DNA of 8,321 nucleotides from assembly GCF_006345805.1 (NCBI RefSeq), contig NW_021828472.1, positions 1 to 8,321 on the forward strand, read 5' to 3'. The notes beneath the pieces were generated by a model that was given only the letters and a program-made list of their open reading frames with translations, did no database searches and was not told the DNA's origin. This stretch comes from Octopus sinensis. Lineage: Eukaryota. Shown piece by piece: positions 1 through 6,613 of the stretch (its first letter is position 1; the number at the start of each line of letters is the position of its first letter). The translations under genes were made by a program, and so were the position numbers.

Positions 1-350
1 GACAAACACACACACAAATACACACATTCATATACTAACACACAGAGATTCAGACAAACACACACACACACATTCATATATTAACACACACACATTCAGA
101 CAAACACACGCACACACACACACACACACATTCATATACTAACACACAGAGATTCAGACAAATGCACACACATACACACACACACACACACACACAACAC
201 ACACACACACACATATATACTAACACACACAAATTCAAACAAACACACATTCATATACTAACACACACAGATTCACAAAACACACACACACATTCATATA
301 CTAACACACAGAGATTCAGACAAACACATACACACACATTCATATACACT
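1..350. repeat. (CA)n-based compound minisatellite
   Basis: Cassette CATTCATATACTAACACACAGAGATTCAGACAAA recurs, with variants, at about 25, 71, 129, 212, 248, 291 and 337 (partial), separated by variable (CA)n. ORF 162-407 is only its translation. Confidence 0.9.
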
Positions 351-565
351 CAAACATGGGCATCTGAAAATCCACACCCATCTCTAAATCTATACAAAGT
401 GACTTAACTGAATCCCTTTTACCGGATCCACCAAACCACCCACCCACCGATTTAATTTTATTTGCTAAACAAACAAATTCAAATTAAGATAATCTCATTA
501 AAGAAGATTACAAGATTAAGTTATTAAAAACAGTGAAAAAACAAGCCAGCAGCAGGATCACCATC

Positions 566-790
566 GGCTACAGCAAATATTCTGCTCAATACCACAGATT
601 TGCTTGTCAGTTGTTTGACCTTAACCAGTTGAGCATGTCCCTCGGTGGTTGACGATATGTGCATCTCTGACCACGAGCAGAAGTAGTTGGGGAGCATCAT
701 AGCCGTGTGTTGAGAGGAATTCTTGGAGGTTTGGATAATTCACCTTGTACTGCAGCATCACCGTGATGGCATTACGCTGCTCTATCATTC
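566..790 (+). mobile_element. Element E copy 1 (5'-truncated, internally deleted)
   Basis: 566-746 aligns to 3930-4120 and to E2. It then jumps to the E 3' terminus TGATGGCA...CTCTATCATTC (764-790), followed by (AAT)n. Confidence 0.85.
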
Positions 791-839
791 AATAATGATG
801 ATAATAATAATAATGATAATAATAATAATAATAATAATA
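791..839 (+). repeat. (AAT)n / (GAT) tract between E1 and E2
   Basis: Direct inspection. Confidence 0.95.
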
Positions 840-843
840 GAAT

Positions 844-1352
844 GCCCAGATGCAGTACCAGGCAGTGGCTCTCATGGCTTCTCATCTTAACTGGTTGGAA
901 GTGTTATCATGTACATTGTTTTGTCTTGGTATAGATTTGCTTGTCACTTGTTTGACCTTAACCATTTGAGCATGTCCCTTAGTGGCTGACGATATGTGCA
1001 TCTCTCATCACGAGCAGAAGTAGTGGGGGAGCATCATAGCCGTGTGTTGAGAGGAATTCTTGGAGGTTTGGATAATTCACCTTTGGAAACATGGGTGGTT
1101 CGTTCAACATACTTAAACAACCCTTATTCAGGTACCTTTTGAGTGGGATTGGCTACTCGACCAGAAGAAAATTCTAACTGGCCCCCACCTGCAAGGTCAT
1201 GTGCTGTTTATCTTGATTTGAGATCCCTGTATTACGCACATTTCATTGTGATGCATGTGTCTGGTGTACCCTTATCAGATAGGGAGTCATGATTGGGCTT
1301 CGTATATTCTACCCCAGGTGTCAGTTTGATGGCATGCACTGCTCTACCATTC
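844..1352 (+). mobile_element. Element E copy 2 (longest 5' extent), unclassified (AAT)n-tailed retroposon
   Basis: Colinear with 3855-4346 and with 4848-5604. Has a ~38 bp deletion near 933 relative to E3. Ends CTCTACCATTC-(AAT)n. No coding capacity is evident. Orientation is inferred from the fixed right end and variable left ends among copies. Confidence 0.85.
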
Positions 1353-1395
<43 letters not shown>

Positions 1396-1400
1396 TAATA
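1353..1400 (+). repeat. (AAT)n tract
   Basis: Direct inspection. Confidence 0.95.
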
Positions 1401-1401
1401 A

Positions 1402-1584
1402 ATTGAAAAAATGTGGCATCTCAAGGCGACTACAGTACCAGTGATTGTATGATCTCTACTAATGATAAAAAAAGGTACTGAAACCTATTTGAAAATGATT
1501 CCAGGCTTACCATCCCTACAGGAAGTGCAAAAAATCGTATTAACTGGAACGGCTTATGTACTGAGAAGAGCATTATCGCTGTGA
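1402..1584 (+). pseudogene. C-terminal remnant of an R4/Dong-like (RLE-type) non-LTR retrotransposon ORF
   Basis: Manual translation: IEKMWHLKATTVPVIV*SLLMIKKGTETYLKMIPGLPSLQEVQKIVLTGTAYVLRRALSL*. This matches the typical RLE C-terminal pattern (..W.LK...VPV.vGaLG.......QK.VL.GTA..LR..L). One premature stop at 1450-1452. Absent from the ORF track because of that stop. Confidence 0.8.
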
Positions 1585-1753
1585 AAACAACATCCATCTA
1601 CGAATTTATTTATTTATTAATTTTTAAATACATATTTTATCTGTGAATTTGCGTGTGTAATATGGGAATGCATACAATGAGCTTCTCTGCCCTAGGTGTA
1701 TGGAAAACACTCGGCGAGAAACGGAAGAAAATTTGAAGAAAGAAGAAAAAAAC
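1402..1753 (+). mobile_element. 5'-truncated R4/Dong-like LINE (ORF end plus 3' UTR) flanked on both sides by (TAA)n
   Basis: The ORF remnant is followed by ~170 bp of 3' UTR ending CTAGG..GGAAAACACTCGGCGAGAAACGGAAG..GAAGAAAAAAAC-(TAA)n. Dong elements are known to target (TAA)n. Confidence 0.7.
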
Positions 1754-1808
<55 letters not shown>

Positions 1809-1818
1809 TAATAATAAT
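1754..1818 (+). repeat. (TAA)n shared between the LINE tail (+) and the SINE tail (-)
   Basis: Direct inspection. Source of the poly-Ile in ORF 1700-1903. Confidence 0.95.
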
Positions 1819-1911
1819 CCTTTCTACTATAGGAACAAGGCCTGAAATCTTGGCGGAGGATACAAGTCGATTACATCCACCTCAGTTTATCACTGGTACT
1901 TAATTTATCGA
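1819..1911 (-). mobile_element. SINE copy A, 3' half only (tail type 1)
   Basis: Aligns to 1969-2061 of SINE B (CCTTTCTACTATAGG..CAAGGCCTGAAAT...CTGGTACTTAATTTATCG). Has a (TTA)n tail on its own strand. Confidence 0.85.
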
Positions 1912-1968
1912 ACAATTAGAACGGTTCTAAGCACTTTAAAGACTGCCAGTTCACTGCCTTAGCAATAT

Positions 1969-2183
1969 TCTTTTCTACACTAGGCCCAAGGCCGAAATTT
2001 TGCGGGAGGGAGACTGTCGATTAGATCGACCCCAGTACACAACTGGTACTTAAATTTATCGACCTTGAAAGGATGAAAGGCAAAGTCGACCTCGGCAGAA
2101 TTTGAACTCAGAACGTAAAGACAGTCGAAATACTGCTAAGCATTTCGTCCGGCGTGCTAACGTTTCTGCCAGCTTGCCGCCTT
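1969..2183 (-). mobile_element. tRNA-derived SINE copy B, full length (tail type 1)
   Basis: On the minus strand: head AAGGCGGCAAGCTGGCAGAAACGTTAGC with an A-box-like motif (2156-2171), B-box-like GAGTTCAAATTC (2098-2109), then core GGTCGACTTTGCCTTTCATCCTTT..GGTCGATAAATT.AAGTACCAG. Homologous to 6193-6360 on +. Confidence 0.9.
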
Positions 2184-2330
2184 TTATCCGTAAATATACA
2201 ATATAGGTAAGTAGACCGTCGTAATCCATCACGTGTTTACACACAGGTGACGAGGGATTAATTCATATACTTAGTGAATAGCAAGAGGATAGATTTGTAC
2301 TTATACAATCATACAGGTACATATATATAA

Positions 2331-2757
2331 GTGTATGTGTATGTGTATATGTGTGTGTGTGTGCGTGTGTGTGTGTGTTAGTATGCGTGTATATGTATGC
2401 GTTTGTGTGTGCAACTATATATATATATATATGCATAAATTTATGTGAGTGTATGTGTATGTGTATATGTGTGTGTGTTAGTATGCGTTCGTGAGTGCGT
2501 TTGTGCGTGTAACTATGTATATATATATGTATGTATAAATTTATGTATATGTTTATGTACATGTATGTATATGTATGCATGTATTTATGTATGTATGTAT
2601 GTATGTATGCATGTATGTATGTTTGCATGTATGTTTGCATGTATGTTTGCATGTATGTATGTATGTATGTACGTATGTATGTATGTATGTATGTATTTAT
2701 GTATGTACGTATGTATGTATGTATGAATGTATGTATGTATGTATGTATGTATGTTTG

Positions 2758-2788
<31 letters not shown>

Positions 2789-2885
2789 GTATGTATGTAT
2801 GTATGTATGTATGTATGTATGTACGTATGTATGCATGTATGTATGTATGTATGTATGTATTTATGTATGTATGTATAAGTATGTG
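2331..2885. repeat. (TG)/(TA) mixed microsatellite followed by a long (TATG)n array (~2560-2885)
   Basis: Direct inspection. Explains all ORFs between 2263 and 2958. Confidence 0.95.
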
Positions 2886-3060
2886 TGTGTACATAGGCAC
2901 AAACATAAGCAGATATAGAAATAGACGAAAGAAAACACATCAATTATATAAGATTTAAACAATTAGGCCAAATATATATAGCCTGAAAGCAAAAATATGC
3001 AGACATGCATCAAAACGTAACCACATGTAAATCGTTGCCTTTTTTTTCCCTCCGCCTTTC

Positions 3061-3221
3061 TTTCTCTTGGACTTCCCTCTATCTTCAGTTTCTGAAGAAG
3101 AGCTTTGCTCGAAACGTAAAACTACCTTTCTTTCCTTCCCTCAGCGTCTGCTAATATTTTGCATGTACCACGTCCTCGCGTTGTTTTTTTCTTGTTTGTT
3201 CTTCGTCTTTTTTTTATTTAC
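3061..3221 (+). mobile_element. Penelope-like element terminal (pLTR-like) unit 1, ending in (TA)n at 3222-3237
   Basis: Contains the minimal hammerhead motif characteristic of PLE termini. Its downstream part is homologous to unit 2 (CCT.AGCG.C...CTAATA, GC.TGTAC, CTTCGTCTTTT). No RT or GIY-YIG ORF is visible, so the PLE assignment is inferred. Confidence 0.65.
3087..3123 (+). ncRNA. Minimal type I hammerhead ribozyme motif HH1
   Basis: AGUUU (3087-3091), CUGAAGA (3092-3098), extra A, stem II GAGC/GCUC with UUU loop (3100-3110), GAA, palindromic ACGU (3114-3117), A17 (3118), then AAACU (3119-3123), which is perfectly complementary to the 5' arm. Predicted cleavage after GUA at 3118. Confidence 0.75.
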
Positions 3222-3240
3222 TATATATATATATATACGC

Positions 3241-3411
3241 ATTTTTTTTCTCTCCTTGTTTTTTTTTCTGTGTATCTTTCTGTCGAAGAGCGAGGGCTCG
3301 AAACGTAAAAGACTTTTTCTATTTTTATTCCTGAGCGCCATACTAATACATTTGTTTGCTTGTACTCCACCTGCCTTCGTCTTTTGTTTATTTTCGTAAA
3401 CCTTCCCGTTT
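3241..3411 (+). mobile_element. Penelope-like terminal unit 2 (diverged subfamily), ending in (TA)n at 3412-3460
   Basis: Same architecture as unit 1: pyrimidine-rich lead-in, hammerhead-like motif, homologous downstream blocks, (TA)n. Confidence 0.65.
3275..3312 (+). ncRNA. Minimal type I hammerhead-like motif HH2 with variant core (CUGUCGA)
   Basis: UCUUU (3275-3279), CUGUCGA (3280-3286), extra A, GAGC/GCUC with GAGG loop (3288-3299), GAA, ACGU, A17 (3307), AAAGA (3308-3312). The fold is conserved with HH1, but core A6 is U. Confidence 0.6.
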
Positions 3412-3460
<49 letters not shown>

Positions 3461-3600
3461 TGTAAAAACGGTAAGATAACAAAAGAAAGAAAGAGATGGC
3501 CAGATAACCGAAGAGATGGTGTTGTGGATTTCCACTTCAGCATCCGAAACTCAGAGTTTTATCTTGGCTTTTAAATAATTGTCACATATTATTTTACGGA

Positions 3601-3668
3601 TATAATATTATATATATATAATATTATATAATATTATATAATATTATATAATATTATATATATTTATA
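3601..3668. repeat. AT-only minisatellite, four perfect ATTATATATA units at 3621-3660
   Basis: Direct inspection. Confidence 0.95.
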
Positions 3669-3804
3669 ACGAAGTCCATTGCATAAATATTTATTCCTTC
3701 GACATATAGATTCCTTACGACCGTCTGTACTTAACTGACGCTTCGTACTGAAGCATTTGCACATTAAGTTCTAAGCGAAGTATTAAAATGCGTACACACA
3801 CACA

Positions 3805-3815
3805 TAATGATGATA

Positions 3816-3850
<35 letters not shown>
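3805..3850 (+). repeat. (GAT)n microsatellite
   Basis: Direct inspection. Confidence 0.95.
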
Positions 3851-3854
3851 AAAA

Positions 3855-4346
3855 TACCAGGCACTGGCTCTCTTGACTTCTCATCTTAACTGATTGGAAG
3901 TGTTATCATGTACATTGTTTTGTCTTGGTCTAAAAGATGGGCTACAGCAAATATTCTGCTCAATACCACAGATTTGCTTGTCAGTTGTTTGACCTTAACC
4001 AGTTGACCATGTCCCTCAGTGGCTGACGATATGTGCATCTCTGATCACGAGCAGAAGTAGTGGGGGAGCATCATAGCCATGTGTTGAGAGGGATTCTTTG
4101 GGGTTTGAATAATTCACCTCTAGAAACATGGGTGTGTCTTTCAAACATCTCCAACCAAGCCTTATTCAGGTACCTTTTGAGTGGGATGGGCCACTCGACT
4201 TGAAATTTAAAAAATTGCATGGTCATACGCTGTTTACCTTGATATGAGATCACCATGTCGCGCCTCGAGTAGTTGTGACGGGTATATTGGGCTTCGTATA
4301 TTTCTACCCCGGTGTCCCTCTGATGGCATGTGCTGCCCTCTCACTC
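3855..4346 (+). mobile_element. Element E copy 3
   Basis: Colinear with E2 from TACCAGGCA onward and retains the segment deleted in E2. Has its own deletions near 4210 and 4275. Ends CTCTCACTC-(AAT)n (4347-4394). Confidence 0.85.
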
Positions 4347-4394
<48 letters not shown>

Positions 4395-4536
4395 TTGTTC
4401 GTTTATTGGCCACAAGGGCTAACAAAAATCAGTTAAAACATAAAGGGGCAAAACACAGGACGAAAGTTACGAAGGGTTTTGTCCGTTTGAAAAACGTCCG
4501 TGTACAAAAGCAGGATGACAAAGAAATGTAAGTAAC
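4395..4536 (-). mobile_element. LINE-like 3' end (family T) with (TTA)n tail, copy 1
   Basis: The reverse complement of 4395-4504 matches 7728-7837 with about 8 differences in 110 bp. Ends CCCTTGTGGCCAATAAACGAACAA-(TTA)n. The LINE clade cannot be determined from this fragment. Confidence 0.7.
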
Positions 4537-4686
4537 ATTTGAAACTCCCAATTAGGGAGAGGCGCTTCGAAAGGTTACTCGTGGAAAAACCCTAATAATA
4601 ACTGTAATAATTGTAATGATAATACTTTTCTACAAGACTTGATTTTGTAAATGAACAATCAGGTATGTATATTTTAACGGCCTATT

Positions 4687-4781
4687 AGTGTACACAGTGA
4701 ATCTCTTTGTCCGGTGTTCTAGGCATCAGGAAAACGCTCGGCAAGAAATGGAAACAAAATTGAAGGAAGAAGGAAAAAAAC
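4687..4781 (+). mobile_element. R4/Dong-like 3' UTR fragment with (TAA)n tail (4782-4847)
   Basis: Homologous to ~1667-1753: CTAGG....GGAAAAC.CTCGGC.AGAAA.GGAA.(C)AAA.TTGAAG.AAGAAG.AAAAAA.C-TAATAA. Confidence 0.7.
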
Positions 4782-4832
<51 letters not shown>

Positions 4833-4847
4833 TAATAATAATAATAA

Positions 4848-5604
4848 GTGGGGACATCATAGCTATTGTTTGAAGGATTCTTTGGGGTTTGAATAATTCA
4901 CCTTTGAACATGGGTGTTTCGTTCAACATCCTTAAACAACCTTATTCAGGGACTTTTTGAGTGGGAGGTTACTCGACAAGAGAAAATTCTAACTGGGCTT
5001 CACCCGCGAGGTCATGTGCTGTTTTCTGATATGAGATCACCATGTTGCGCACATATCGTTGTGATGCCTGTGCCTGTGACCCTTATCAGACGGGTAGTCA
5101 TGATGGGTATACTGGGCTTCTTATATTCAGGACTTTTTAGTGGGATGGGTTACTCGACAAGAAGAAAATTCTAACTGGGTCCCACCTGCAAGGTCATGTG
5201 CTGTTTATCTTGATATGAGATCACCATGTTGCGCACATATCGTTGTGATGTATGTGCCTGGTGTACCCTTATCAGACGGGTAGTCATGATGGGTATACTG
5301 GGCTTCGTATATTCAGGGACTTTTTGAGTGGGATGGGTTACTCGACAAGAAGAAAATTCTAACTGGGTCCCACCTGCAAGGTCATGTGCTGTTTATCTTG
5401 ATATGAGATCACCATGTTGCGCACATATCGTTGTGATGTATGTGCCTGGTGTACCCTTATCAGACGGGTAGTCATGATGGGTATACTGGGCTTCGTATAT
5501 TCAGGGACTTTTTGAGTGGGATGGGTTACTCGACAAGAAGAAAATTCTAACTGGGTCCCACCTGCAAGGTCATGTGCTGTTTATCTTGATATGAGATCAC
5601 CATG
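4848..5604 (+). mobile_element. Element E copy 4 with an internal tandem array
   Basis: 5'-truncated E sequence. Units start at TATTCAG at 4943, 5124, 5310 and 5498 (181, 186, 188 and a partial 107 bp). The normal E 3' terminus is missing; the copy runs into (ATG/AAT)n at 5605-5644. Confidence 0.9.
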
Positions 5605-5930
5605 ATGATAATAATAATAATGATAATGAATAATGAATAATAATGAGAAGTAAAAGGATGAAAACAACGAAAAGAGGGCAAAAGAGTGTAAAAGATAGAT
5701 TTTTTGAGATCTTACTTTCCATAGCTGTCCACGTAACATTCCAAAGTTCCTGTAGATTCAATAGTAGTTCTCGTAGTATCCGTAAATGCCATCTCCATCG
5801 AAACAAGAAGCTTCTGACAGTTACTTCCCCCTGGGTCGGTCTCTCACACACACGTTCTCTTTTATGTTAAGATCACAGAACTCTCTCTCGAGTCGATTGC
5901 TGAGAAAAGATACACAAACGTATAGCATAT

Positions 5931-5933
<3 letters not shown>

Positions 5934-5985
<52 letters not shown>

Positions 5986-6030
5986 ATATAAATATATGTA
6001 TATGTATATATGTATATGTGTGTGTTTATA
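5934..6030. repeat. (TA)n microsatellite
   Basis: Direct inspection. Confidence 0.95.
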
Positions 6031-6192
6031 TACGCTTCAAATGAAGACGACTATCAGGATTTCTCCGTTGACTCTTGTGGTGCATGTCTGAAAAATATCC
6101 ATAATTGTGTCAATGGTTTATCTATATATGTAAGTGTATGCATTATGTTTTGGACTATATGTGTGTGTTTTTGCTGGTATTGGTCGTGTGAA

Positions 6193-6613
6193 AGGGTGGC
6201 AAGCTGGCAGAATCGTTAGCACGTCGGACGAAGTATTTCGGTATTTGGTCTGCCGCAACGTTCTGAGATCAAATTCCGTCGAGGTCGACTTTGCCTTTCA
6301 TCTTTTCGGGGTCGATAAATTAAGTACCAGTTACGCACTGGGGTCGATGTAATCGATTTAATACCTATGTCTGTCCTTGTTTGTCCTCTCTGTGTTTAGC
6401 CCCTTGTGGGTAGTAAAGAAATAGGTATTTCCTCTGCCGCTACGTTCTGAGTTCAAATTCCGTCGAGGTCGACTTTGCCTTTCATCTTTTCGGGGTCGAT
6501 AAATTAAGTACCAGTTACGCACAGGGGTCGATATAATCGACTTAATCCGTTTGTCTGTCCTTGTTTGTCCTCTCTGTGTTTAGCCCCTTGTGGGTAGTAA
6601 AGAAATAGGTATT
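6193..6613 (+). mobile_element. tRNA-derived SINE copy C (tail type 2), internal dimer with TSD
   Basis: Head with A-box-like TGGCAGAATCG (6205-6215). Two 184 bp body units (6240-6423 and 6424-6607, about 10 differences). B box GATCAAATTC in unit 1 and intact GTTCAAATTC (6451-6460) in unit 2. Flanked by GGTATTGGTCGTGTGAA at 6176-6192 and 6608-6624. Confidence 0.9.

Noticed and set aside
549-764. GCAGCAGGATCACCAT (549-564) and GCAGCATCACCGT (752-764) as direct repeats flanking E1
   Set aside because: The match is imperfect and gapped, and the right copy lies inside the element rather than beyond its tail, so it is not a credible TSD.
2098-2183. Genuine tRNA gene at the SINE heads (also 6193-6280)
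   Set aside because: A- and B-box-like motifs are present, but there is no cloverleaf and the sequence continues into the SINE core and tail.
2204-2322. AG/GTAAGT donor and a CAG...CAG/GTAC exon-like segment at 2247-2316
   Set aside because: The segment has stops in all three frames, and isolated splice-like words are common in AT-rich DNA.
162-2958. His/Thr/Tyr/Ile and Met/Tyr/Val/Cys-rich ORFs, including the 226 aa ORF at 2263-2943
   Set aside because: They are direct translations of (CA)n, (TATG)n and (TA)n, which lack stops in several frames. There is no domain content.
2982-3022. CTGAAAG...ATGCA-GACA-TGCAT-CAAAACGTAA as a third hammerhead
   Set aside because: The core is not CUGANGA/GAAA, there is a long spacer before the hairpin, and no stem I forms.
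4943-5604. CRISPR-like or prokaryotic repeat array
   Set aside because: There are no unique spacers. The units are contiguous copies of an internal part of element E in a eukaryotic context.
5716-5813. Possible 98 bp minus-strand exon (CTGTCAG acceptor, GTAAGA donor), open in two frames
   Set aside because: The polypyrimidine tract is poor and neither peptide (KLLVSMEMAFTDTTRTT.. or SFLFRWRWHLRILRELL..) resembles a protein I recognise. Spliced RNA-seq reads would be needed.
6030-6136. Open stretch ASNEDDYQDFSVDSCGACLKNIHNCVNGLSIY with a CxxC and a GTAAGT donor-like site
   Set aside because: It is short, has no convincing acceptor and no recognisable family. Chance is sufficient.
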